Shown here: positions 40,690 to 52,516 of the stretch, piece after piece
Layout: every line of letters starts with the position of its first letter
Numbering within the stretch: position 1 is the first letter of the stretch
Assembly: GCA_002633005.1 (NCBI GenBank)
Contig: NMRA01000517.1
Location: 171,301-235,300 of the forward strand
Reading direction: 5' to 3'
Length of the DNA stretch: 64,000 nt
Source: Phoronis australis
Lineage: Eukaryota; Animalia; Phoronida
Program-made: the position numbers and the translations under genes
The notes under the pieces: generated by a model
What the model saw: the letters and a program-made list of their open reading frames with translations, nothing else
The model's database searches: none
What the model was told of the DNA's origin: nothing

Positions 40690-41500
40690 GAAATGAAAGG
40701 CAACGTTTCGCCAGCCTCTGCTGACTTTTTCAGCCTGTGCGAACTCTGGTGGATTCGGTCGGAATTGAGAAAATCGGCGGGAAACTTTAATCAGAACCCT
40801 GTCCCAGGTGTGTGATAGGTTGAATCACAAGTCTCCTCTTAGGTTCAAAGATGGATTTTCATTTCTTTCGTGTATGCACTCCTTGACTCCTCGTTCAATC
40901 CAAATTTTCTCCTTGTCAAAGATTAGTACATTGTCAAGGTCAAAGATGTTATGTGACCAGGTCCCTGACAGTTTGTAAATACGGCAGTCATAAGTGTCAC
41001 CGTAACTAGGCCGACGATGTTGGTACAACCGTGCTTTCAAGGACTGCTTAGTTTTCCGTGCATAAGTTTCAGGGAACTCTCCGCACTGTATTCCATTGAC
41101 CACATTAGCTATGTTTTCCTTAGGTTGTTTGTCCTTAGGGTTAACGAGTTTTTGTCTCAGAATGCCAACAGGTTTGAAAAGTATGGTGATATGAAATGTA
41201 CTGAACATAGACTATAATTGTTCAGAAAGTCTTTCTACATAAGGAATAGATATCCTCGCCAATGATTGATCTGGTTGAGGAGCGTCAATGATGATAATTT
41301 CCAGTCTGGGTGTTCTACGGATAGCCTTGCTAAGGCCCAACGTGGGAATCCGCACGTTTCCAGAAAGTCACGAATCCTGTGTTTCTCTTATTGTCGTCAG
41401 AGACAATTAGGTCCGCACGGTGATACAGGGTATGAATTTTGTGCTCAACTGGACGGTGAGAGCCAGGCTGTAAATAGTAGTTTGTGTGTGTAGCTTTGCT
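40690..41500 (-). mobile_element. 5'-truncated Penelope-like retroelement (RT thumb, linker, GIY-YIG endonuclease), decayed
   Basis: KATHTNYYL..SHRP..HK..TLYHRA, ISIPYVERLSEQL*, FKP..LRQKLVNPKD..NVVNGIQC..TY...KT...LKARL.QH..ERGVKE....PSLN. Confidence 0.9.
40698..40736 (-). ncRNA. Minimal type-I hammerhead ribozyme motif of a Penelope element, probably inactive
   Basis: Minus strand AGG-CTGAAAA-A-GTCAGC-AGAG-GCTGGC-GAAA-CGTTG-CCT. Stem II and short stem I pair, but the core CUGANGA reads CUGAAAA. Confidence 0.7.
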
Positions 41501-42340
41501 TAACTTCGACCGAATCCACCAGAGGTCGCGCAGGCTTGAAAAAGCCAGCAGACTGAAGCTGGCGCAGTCTCGTCCTGATAGCACTGGTCCGTTTAGCCAT
41601 TTGAGGCTTGGTTATGGGAAACCAATGGTATCAGAATTCTGACACATTCTTACGAAAGTCGCCGGAATATCACGAGTTATATAACTCTGAAATTTGCTGC
41701 AGTATAACATAAATATGAAAACTAACGGTATATTGCAGCAATTTAGGTCTAAATCATTTGTTTTGATTCGAACACAGATTAATTTCTATGATACTATTAA
41801 TAAAAACAATTGAAAACGACCTTTATTTCGAACAATAACCGAAAGAATGCGTTTTACTTTATGAATCGCAGCAACAACGCCTGTGAAAATAATTTAATCT
41901 GCCTTTAATGACGTCAAGGCAGCGACCAATCATTGCGCACAAGGCAGTTCCACTAACTAACCTTCAAGCGGCTAAATAACCTCTTACAAAGCGCCACCCA
42001 TACTCAAAAGTGGCCTTGTGCAAACATGATCGACACACGGAATTCCGTGTGTGGGCATCAACGCGCATGCTTGGTCGGAAGGTTATTGATCACATCGATC
42101 ACACACTTTCTATGCACTGTACTTGTTTGGGTTTGCTACGGGATCGGGTTCCTTTGGTTTTGTTAACTTCGATTACTGCCCGTTTTAATAAATTGCAACT
42201 ATTCAAGTCAAAGGTTGTCGCCATACTACGTAACAGTAAACTGAAAGGGGTTTCCCAGATTTCAGCCAATGGTAATGACTGAATGTTATGACGTCGGTTT
42301 AATTACTTTAACCAATGAGAACCCATGATACCTTTCGTAG

Positions 42341-43021
42341 CACTGTGAAGGAGGCACAGAACAGTTCTCACTGGGTTTTGCCCAGAAAAAAACCACATCA
42401 CTTGATTTGTCACCTTTTCTTGTCAAAAACAGGGTGCAAAGAATGACATGTTTTCAGTTATTTCACATAAAAAGCCCTGCAGATGAGCGCAGAAACTTTA
42501 TTCTCTCTTGTATTTTTGACCCTTTCGATCCCACTGGAAACCAAGCTAGACTAAGAAAAGTAGGGGCAAAAAAGTGCAAAATCGGCACTTTTCATCCAAA
42601 AACACCACTTCCCTGCCGATGCACGACTAAAACCAACAATAGATTCTGAAAGCAAATTTCCTACAGATTCCAAAATGTGGTCCAAAAGTACTGTCAACCA
42701 ACTATTTTTTTTGGCAATTCTGGCTTGTTTGAGGGCTACCTAAAATCGCAGCCAATTTCTCAGTCGCTACCCAGCAATGCACAATTGCAACCGGGGACCG
42801 CCATCTTGAAGAAGAGTGCAGCTACAGCCGAGAAAGTGGCATTTTTTATTCTCAGCATGTTCACAAATACAAACAAACCACATTCACTGAGCCTACATGC
42901 AATGTCCACCTACAAAATGCCCCCAAAGTTGGCCTACCCCGAAATTTTAATATATTAAAATTTTGGGGGTGCAAATTGGCCGCGGCCCTCAGCCTAACTA
43001 TTCAGTGCCACCGAAAGAGTG
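42341..43021. mobile_element. MITE with CACT termini (CACTA/CMC-like)
   Basis: Imperfect 26-bp TIRs CACTGTGAAGGAGGCACAGAACAGTT vs CACTCTTTCGGTGGCACTGAATAGTT (reverse complement of right end). TAG flanks both sides. Confidence 0.65.
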
Positions 43022-44095
43022 TAGTGGCGCCATCTTGAGGCTTGGGGAAGAGGCTGGCCAAACGTTGCCTTCCATCTCAAGTAAGTTCGGTAACGACTGC
43101 ACAAGTAATCATCGTAATGTGACATTGTTTACACCACAAAAAGACCACCAGGTGGCGTGACCGTTTCGTAAGACGATACTTGTGTAAATGTCAACTATGT
43201 CGCAAATCCAAACTAGTAGACAAGCACCTCTTGGTTCTAGGTGTTCAGCGGCATTATGTAGTGTACAATTAGAAATCTTTGCCTGCTCTATATCAGAAAC
43301 ATTAAACACAACTAAGATTGCAGTTTATCACAAATGGCCAATTTTGAAGACTGTGGCTGGAATTTCGGTGAAATACGCTTTTGGTAAGATAGTAATCATA
43401 GGCTATTGGTCATTTCCATCATTGTCAGTACAGACACAAAACGACGAAACCTTATAGAAAGTCACTTTAAATTCCATTACATGACAGAAAAGAAGCATGG
43501 AATGGCGAACTCCTAAAATATCGCGTGGCACGACTTTGAATCTTTTCACAACATTTCAGTTGACTAACACCAGATGGAGTTCGGGTGTTGTTCCAGGGAC
43601 AAACTGTCAATATCATGAAAGTTTACGCGATGATCGAAGAAACCTTTTGAATAACGCGGGAGAATGATTCCACGACATTTACAAAGTTTTTGTAGCCATG
43701 GCCCAAAGGTCGGCGCCTCACCGATCACATCAAGGATTCAATTTCGCCAGTAGAATCGAGTACTACCAAATAGAGTTTCAAATACGACACCTTTTGTTGC
43801 TTATGCATCAACTCAAGTTGATCAGAAGTTCTGCCAGTTAAATGTGAAGGCGTCCATTCTGTTAGGACATGTACTTCCCATCTTGTATGCGGCGGACGTG
43901 CAGGCAACTGTCCACGGTGCCGTGGAAGCATACATCATAGGCTTGCAATCTTCTGATAACTTCGATGAGGAACAGCGGCAATGGAAATCGTTATTCTCTA
44001 GAGTGTCCGAAAAGGAACCAGTGTCAGTAGTTGAAGCAGTGTGAATGCAATTTTTCCAAATATCCATGTGATGATATGTGTAGGGTGCACCCTCC

Positions 44096-44288
44096 GAGTA
44101 ACCAGCTACATGTACTGATGAGTAACCAGCTACATGTACTGATGAGTAACCAGCTACATGTACTGATGAGTAACCAGCTACATGTACTGATGAGTAACCA
44201 GCTACATGTACTGATGAATAACCAGCTACATGTACTGATGAATAACCAGCTACATGTACTGATGAGTAACCAGCTACATGTACTGATG
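44096..44288. repeat. 24-bp minisatellite x8
   Basis: GAGTAACCAGCTACATGTACTGAT. Only one unit is present in the duplicate copy near 45557. Confidence 0.95.
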
Positions 44289-46411
44289 CAATTGTTGAGA
44301 AACTTCATAAATTATGAGCTATTCTGCTTATTCACCACGGAGAAGTTGTCGCGGTGTTTTCCCAGAGGACAACGAACAGAACTGTAAAGCGGAAATTGGT
44401 AGGTATCCCGCACACGTGTCTGATTGTTGCTTTTTCCCTCGAACAAGAGAACATGCATTCAAAGCGTTGCTAATTCTGGTAAAATGATGTAGTGGAGGTC
44501 CCTTTTTCGGGGCAGCCGTGTTACTGTGGACCCCGACGGCCCTCTATCGTGGTGGCCGTGTTGCCATGAAACCCGACAGCCTTCTATCGTAGCAGTCGTG
44601 TTGTTCTGAACCTGTTCACAAAATACGTTCACATTGAAGCCGACTTCTTAAGCAATCTGTGATTGCGCTAACGTTTGTGGACAGTAATTGGAATGAAAAC
44701 ATACGTTATTAATAGTAGATGTGTAAGTTTCAGGGCACCCCGCCTAAGCAGCTCAAAAATATTTTAACGATGTTTTCAATTTGATTGGAATGACCTGGTT
44801 ATAACAGGATTCACCTGATTATAACAGGAATGATTTTACTATTACAAGAATTGGTTATAATATGAATGACCTGATTTTAACATGAATGACCTAGTTATAA
44901 CAGTTAGGATTCACCTGATNNNNNNNNNNNNNNNNNNNNNNNNNNNNNNNNNNNNNNNNNNNNNNNNNNNNNNNNNNNNNNNNNNNNNNNNNNNNNNNNN
45001 NNNNNNNNNNNNNNNNNNNNNNNNNNNNNNNNNNNNNNNNNNCGGGTGTTGTTCCAGGGACAAACTGTCAATATCATGAAAGTTTACGCGATGATCGAAG
45101 AAACCTTTTGAATAACGCGGGAGAATGATTCCACGACATTTACAAAGTTTTTGTAGCCATGGCCCAAAGGTCGGCGCCTCACCGATCACATCAAGGATTC
45201 AATTTCGCCAGTAGAATCGAGTACTACCAAATAGAGTTTCAAATACGACACCTTTTGTTGCTTATGCATCAACCCAAGTTGATCAGAAGTTCTGCCAGTT
45301 AAATGTGAAGGCGTCCATTCTGTTAGGACATGTACTTCCCATCTTGTATGCGGCGGACGTGCAGGCAACTGTCCACGGTGCCGTTGAAGCATACGTCATA
45401 GGCTTGCAATCTTCTGATAACTTCGACGAGGAACAGCGGCAATGGAAATCGTTATTCTCTGGAGTGTCCGAAAAGGAACCAGTGTCAGTAGTTGAAGCAG
45501 TGTGAATGCAATTTTTCCAAATATCCATGTGATGGTATGTGTAGGGTGCACCCTCCGAGTAACCAGCTACATGTACTAATGCAATTGTTGAGAAACTTCA
45601 TAAATTATGAGCTATTCTGCTTATTCACCACGGAGAAGTTGTCACGGTGTTTTCCCAGAGGACAACGAACAGAATTGTAAAGCGGAAATTGGTAGGTATC
45701 CCGCACACGTGACTGATTGTTGCTTTTTCCCTCGAACAAGAGAACATGCATTCAAAGCGTTGCTAATTCTGGTAAAATGATGTAGTGGAGGTCCCTTTTT
45801 CGGGGCAGCCGTGTTACTGTGGACCCCGACGGCCCTCTATCGGGGTGGCCGTGTTGCCATGAACCCCGACAGCCCTCTATCGTAGCAGTCGTGTTGTTCT
45901 GAACCTGCTCACAAAATACGTTCACATTGAAGCCGACTTCTTAAGCAATCTGTGATTGCGCTAACGTTTGTGGACAGTAATTGGAATGAAAACACGTTAT
46001 TAATAGTAGATGTGAAAGTTTCAGGGCACCCCGCCTAAGCAGCTCAAATTTTTTTAACGATATTTATAACAGGGTTCACCTGATTATAACAGGAATGATT
46101 TTATTATTACAAGAATTGGTTATAATATGAATGACCTGATTTTAACATGAATGACCTGGTTATAACAGTTAGGATTCACCTGATTATAACAAGATATTAG
46201 GAATGACCTGATTATAACAAGAATGATCTGGATCAAGAGTGACCTGGTTAGAAGAGGAATGACCTGGTTTTAACAGCAATGACCTGGAATGACCTGGTTT
46301 TTATAGGAATGACCTGGTTGTACCAGGACACACCTGATTATAACTGGAACCCTGGTGGTAATACTTTTAGTCCGAAGTTGGGCTATTCAGGACATTTCTT
46401 TAACAAGACAG

Positions 46412-46508
46412 TATATTTGACGGGAACGAAGATAGGCTGCAATCAAGGCGGCTGTGGTGCCTGTACTGTTATGGTGTCCACAGTGGACAGAAGTAACGGA
46501 GAAATCAC
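46412..46508 (+). CDS. XDH: XDH/AOX coding exon 3 (L-YLTGTKIGCNQGGCGACTVMVSTVDRSNGEI-T), 97 nt
   Basis: [2Fe-2S] motif TKxGCxxGGCGACTV. Donor AC|GTGAGT. Confidence 0.96.
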
Positions 46509-48009
46509 GTGAGTGGCGCTTTTTAAATATTCTGAATTCTGTGTTTGTTTCAAAAACCAGAAAATTTCATCCTGATTAGCATCTCCGCCATCATTGTTAT
46601 CATTATCGTCGTCGTCGTAGTCGTCCTTGGCCGCTTTAAACCTTTCGCATCATCCTAGAACTGTTCATTTTGATCGCATTGAAACCTTCTTCTATTTTTC
46701 TTTGTGCCAATTGATTCAACCAAAACCTATACACAAGTTTAATGCTTTCAACTTGACGCCGATGTTCTTCCGACTTCAAATGTTGAATTCATCAAATCTA
46801 ATTTTTGATTCTCCTGTAGTGTTCCACGAAACGATCGCGAACTATTACCATTCTTTCTGTTCAACTGTTCGAAAAACCTCAGGACTGGCCCAATTACTCA
46901 TTATTACATAATCTATTTCGAAAGAATCCTCGCCTTGACTTTATCTCCGTGATTGGTTGATTTTTGTTTACTTGAAGGATCACACCTGGATCTGAGCACT
47001 TTCTGCCAATTTCGGGATTTTTAGATAACTAGAGGAACAACTTTAAACACCGGGGTTCTCTAAACTGAAACAAACTTGCCTCAGAGACTTGTCTTGGGTA
47101 AATTTTGTGCCTCACACAGTCAGGTGCCAGTTTGATACGGATGTTCTTGTACCTAAAATAGTTTCAGTTTGAGACGAGACGGGAGCTCTTGTGTCTAGCA
47201 CAGTTCAGTTTCAGACGGATGTTCTTGTGTACTTTCGTATAAATTTTGATGCCATGAATGACCGGTAAAACTTTAAAAGCATTAAAACAAAACTAACCCA
47301 CTTTTAGTGTTATTTGCCTAATTTATTGATATGAGCTCAGCCCCAGAAATCGCTTTCGCATTGTATTCAGGTTCTTGTTCACTCCCTTGCGAAAATTAAG
47401 AGCCATTCCACGAGAAAATCAAAAGAAATTAAAAAAACACTCTAGGTGTCAATTTTCAGATTCAGCTTAAACTTTATGTATGTAATCGTGGTGTGTCTCT
47501 GATACAAAAATCACCAATTTTGCAATTCGAAAGCTCTTGATTTTTTCACCTATAAGCCTTCGAAGGTTCACGAAGAAAATTACACGTTTTTGCTTACCTA
47601 AAACATCAATTCAGTTAGATTGCATGCAGTGAGAGAAAACACATAATTGGATTAGGAAGTGGGGCATAAGGACTACCAAATAAAATTAATACTATTAATT
47701 TCGCTGCAATCATCACGTGACAGGGGAGATGAATCCGGAGGCATTCTTTTATAATCTTGAAAGTGGGTGTCACTCAAGTGCTTCTACAAGCCAGTTGTGA
47801 ACATTGCAAAACATGTATGAACAAATTTGAGAAATCTCTTTGATGAGCCTTTTCATTTTTGTTCTAAAATGCCCTAATATTGCGTTTTCTACGCCTTTTA
47901 AACGATTTTTTGTGACTTCATTACATTTAAAATGTTTTCTAGAAGAAACAATTAATGAGAATCAACATATTGCTGCCTGACGTATCCATGTTACCATTTC
48001 ACCCATTAA

Positions 48010-48560
48010 AGTCCTAGAAGCACACGGTTTTAACCCTTATTAAACGGTTAGAAGACATTATAAGCAACCACGCAGTACTTATCCCATAACCAATACACAG
48101 TCCGTAGTCAAAGAAAGTTTAAATAAACGCGTCACTCACGATTCCGACCCGAAGATCACACCGCCATTTTGAACTATCCGCGTTACCGGAAGTACGATTC
48201 ATTCAGGAACCCAGGCTTAGTATACGCCGTCTGTGCGACTGGAGCAGTGTCTGTTACCAGCCTGCAAACGGGGATAAAATAATCGACAGAGGACCTCAAC
48301 TTTAATAAAACCAAAATAGCGACAATTTGTTCTGAAAATGTTGACAAAATGTGGCAAAATAAATTTTGACAGAAAGTATTTTGCGTGGCTCGGACCTGCA
48401 GCCGATGACCCGGTGCAGACCGATCTAGACCACTCGCCCTGACAAAAGACGAAGGCATGCCGTCCCCGGCTGTTTTATCAGAATAAATGGCTCAAATCAT
48501 GAATGTCGTATAAATACAAAGACAGTTTCCGACACTTTTATAAAATTACGGACTCGTAAC
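48010..48560 (-). mobile_element. Inverted copy of the 21620-22148 repeat
   Basis: TTAA|AGTCCTAGAAGCAC end, with a shared core CATTCAGGAACCCAGGCT..GCGACTGGAGCAGTG.CTGTTACCAGCCTGCAAA. Confidence 0.75.
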
Positions 48561-50311
48561 AGTCCTGCGCCAACGATTGAATGACAACCGGGGCCGACTA
48601 TGGCTCGTGAGGCTAGGTTAAGCGTGTTTTACTGGGTTTAATTAACTCTGGTAAACAAACAGTATAAACAGAACAACGAACATGCAACATCAAATTATTG
48701 AATAAAATTGATATACAGTTAGGGTATCCTGACAGTTAAACGCGACTTAATTCGCTACGACGAATCTGACGAATACCATTTGGTAGAAAACTTGACATGG
48801 TGCCAAAGTGCTAAAATATAAGTATTAATAAGTTTAAAGTAAAAGGAATAATTCCCACTTAGCCAGAAACATTCGTATACCCTGCTAGCCAGCGGAGCCG
48901 GACCGACAGGCCTGCCGTTCGCCGGCGGACATCTGTGGTTCGCAAGGCGCCGGCATTCAGCTCATTGACTAAAATTCAATACACTCCCCCTGCTCCGGAT
49001 TGTGACGCGTAATTTTTAGCTATTTTGCACACACCAGCAACCAAGAAGCAGTTTTGTACAAATTTCTGGTGTTTGTGCCATAACTATTATAAATATTATA
49101 TTTATTTCTATGTGAAGTGCCACTACAATTCGCATTGCACTCTGCTAAAAATAGTTGAAATTGTTTTGAGATCGTTTTTTGTTTGAAAGTAAACTTTTCT
49201 TCAAGATATGATTATGCGTCACAATAGGACACATATTTTCTAAATTTTGTGCATAAATTGTGCGTTGATTCATGTTTTGTAACAAGTTACTTTTTGCTTC
49301 AGGATAATATCAACGCAATAAAATGTGAAAAAAATATTACTTGATTTACAGCAATAGGTTACATTTGGATGATGAAGTGTGAAGTTTACGCGGATCCTTC
49401 AGCCTCATAGTTTCATACTTGTATTATCATGCTTGTCAAATTCTAGGTGAGGAGGAACGCTTTTATGGCACTCAGTCGCCATGTTAATGATTATGCATGT
49501 CCACTTTCACACTCAACGTTATTTTGGAGAAGCTTGTATTGCTAAAATTCTAAGTTACTTGCATGCATGACATTGCCAGTGAGTGGTTGATAAACGCAAT
49601 CATACAATGGTATCGTCGGTGCGTGGTTGATATACACAAACATGCATAATATTGTCGGTGAGTGGTTGATATGCACAAGCATGCATGATATCGTCAGTGA
49701 GTGGTTGATATACACAAGCATGCTTGACAACATTGACCCAAATTGTTACAATTTTGGAGTTGTGACATTTTCAGCCTGCAAAGTGCATATTGCCGTCATC
49801 TCTGGCGTCTGGCGTCTGCTGCTGTATCTCGCAAACCCCTTGCAGGATCTTAATGAGATTTGTAATATTTGTTTCTATGCAGCTGAGGACAGACCAGTCC
49901 GAATATTGTTGTTTCTCCTAGTGCCACTTTTTGCCTGTATCTTCGAAATTCCTTTATAGACTTTCATTTCGGACGGATTGGACATATTCTGCTCAACCCA
50001 GCGAGATTAATTTAGAGACTTATAGGTGATTACCAACATTTCAGTACTCCACCGCCAGGGTGCGTGAGCAGCCTCAATTTGATTTATAGATCTTGTATTC
50101 GCCAAAATGCATAAAATTCAGTACAATCCAACTCAAAGTGCCACAAAAAGACCCAAGGTCTTTTCACTCTAACTTATATATAACATTTTCCATTCTTTTG
50201 TGTGAAACCCAGATGATTGTTTTTTGTAGTGTATGATGCTCATTTGTTTGTAGAAATACCCATTTCTCAGTTTTTTGTGGTCAATACATTACATTTTTAA
50301 TTCTGCACTCG

Positions 50312-50800
50312 AGTACATTATAGTTTGCACTTGGTGACGTCAGTGTTAAGCACATTATGGCTTGCACTTGGTAAGCTCAGAGATAAGTACAGTATAGTTT
50401 GCACTTGGTAACCTCAGTGTTTAGTACATTATGGTTTGCACTTTGTAACCTCAGAGTTAAGTACATAATGGTTTGCACTTGGAAACCTCAGAAATAACTA
50501 CATTATGGTTTGCACTAAGTAACCTCTGAGATAAGTACATTATGGTTTGCACTTGGTAACCTCAGAGTTAAATACATTATGGTTTGCACTTGGTAACCTC
50601 AGAGTTAAGTTCATTATGATTTGCACTTGGTAACCTCAGAGTTAAATACATTATGGTTTGCACTTGGTAACCTCAAAGTTAAGTACATTATGGTTTGCAC
50701 TTTGTAACCTCAGAGATAAGTACATTATGGTTTGCACTTGGTAACCTCATAGATAAGAACATTATGTTTTGCACTCGGTGACCTCAGATTTAAGTACATT
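50312..50800. repeat. 37-bp minisatellite, about 13 copies
   Basis: AAGTACATTATGGTTTGCACTTGGTAACCTCAGAGTT head to tail. Confidence 0.95.
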
Positions 50801-52516
50801 AGGGTGTGCAACTGGTTGAAGGTGTAAGTTCGAAATATTAAATTTTTACTTGAAATTTCAATTGCAGGGGTCATCAAGTGCGAACTTGGCCCAGACACGT
50901 GATTAAGTAAACCATGATGTATTCGGACACACAACAATGTCACAAAAACGTCATAAATAAAGTATAATTTCGAGTTTGAAGGTCAGATTCCGGGCTTAGG
51001 AAAACAACAAAACAAAACAAAGCTGAAGATCAAGCTAAGCATAACAACGAATATTATAAAAAATCAATTTAAAACAGGATTTAATTCCACCTTGGTCGGA
51101 CTCCACATTATATTTAATAGTGTATCGTTTCCCCTTGGGTGGTTGGGTAGGTGCAGATTTTCACTGACCAGTGGTGGCCGTTCGAGTCAACCCATTTGTT
51201 AATTTCGTTTGACCGTTCACTCAAGTCGCTGCCACAATTAGCTGTTTCTGAGTCAGTTTCAGACACTACCTGACCGTCTTCCTAACTAACTTGCTCACTA
51301 TTCCGCTTACTCAATAGCTTAATGATTCGTGCACGAGTATTCATAAAAGTTTCGCCGAATCATATATTTTTTATATATACTGTAACCTTCTTACCCAACA
51401 TCTGCCAACATGAAATACTCTTGTAGCATATCCCATCCTTCTGCAATCTTCCAGGCCTTTAAACTGTTCCGTACCCTAATTCAATAACGATCACTAATCT
51501 GTCACGTTGTTGGACCTTATCGAAATGTTTTTACATTTTAGAGCCTATTATCTAAATAGAATAGATTTTAGAAATCAGTAAATGTATACATTTTCTTAAA
51601 GTAATTAAAAGCCTGCAGAATTTGATTTTTCACTATACATCAATATTCCACGTGATCATGTCTTTTTCATAAAAATTAGCAAAAACGAAAGGTACATTGT
51701 GAATGTACAAAATAACGATATCCATACCTTGACCAAATTTCGCTTGATATTAACCATACAGGTAAAGAGACGGTTACATTTTTTTGTAAATTGTCAATTC
51801 GTTTACTTTTGATTTTTGATTTTTTTCATAAAATCGTAAAATAACTGCTTTTGATAATCCTCTCATGCAAAAGTGGAAAGACTTAAAACAATTCCTAAAG
51901 TGTTTTGTAGAACAGTGAATAAAAAGCACGGTATGTGAAAGTTTAATCCTGTCAACCATTTTCTGAGATATGACATTCGGATGTTATTCAAATTTATACA
52001 TTTTCAAGGATCGTGTATAACGTTAACTATTCTGAAATGTGATGTATATAAGCTCCTCTTGATCACTGGCTTAACCTCACCTGGGTTGGGTTCATAACCA
52101 GCTATTTACTTGTAGAACAAACAAGTGAGGCTAAAATAATAACTTAGGGTGTACTGTCAGTCTACTCCTGAAAAATATCTAAAATAACTAATTAAGCACA
52201 AACAGATAAATAAATAAATATGAACGTACATAAAAACAAATTTCAAGACAGGCGTATGTACGTAAATGCATTAAGATAACCTCGTAGAATTCATTCATTC
52301 AGACCTGCAAATATACAAAGAAGTTGTGGTCTGGTACTTGTTGATTACGTCATAATATGGGCACCTTTAGACACAGTCAAACACGATAGCGATGTTGTGA
52401 CATAGATTTGAAACTTCAATGCTTCTAACCTCACCAGTTTCTGGGCTTGCCAGTATTTCTTATTCTCTTTGGCGAATTTCTTCAGAACAGTTCTGCCACA
52501 TGGAGTCGTCGCGGAA

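Larger units (their letters stand above)
40347..46411 (+). other. U12-type (minor spliceosome) GT-AG intron
   Basis: 5' splice site GTATCCTTTG (40347-40356). Branch-like TTTCTTTAAC (46395-46404) lies just before CAG (46409-46411), with no polypyrimidine tract in between. Confidence 0.88.

Noticed and set aside
43560-44400. Coding-like fragments (LENNDFHCRC resembling an LRR cap; EKIQSRATR resembling LINE RT)
   Set aside because: Motifs are short, lie in different frames and suggest conflicting families. This needs a translated search.
46279-46411. In-frame ORF extension upstream of XDH exon 3
   Set aside because: It derives from a degenerate GAATGACCTGG repeat. The real N-terminus is supplied by the exons at 38057 and 40289.
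50312-50800. CRISPR-like appearance of the 34-41-bp repeat arrays (also 26778, 35019, 59207)
   Set aside because: Units are head to tail with no unique spacers, there are no cas genes, and the context is eukaryotic. These are minisatellites.
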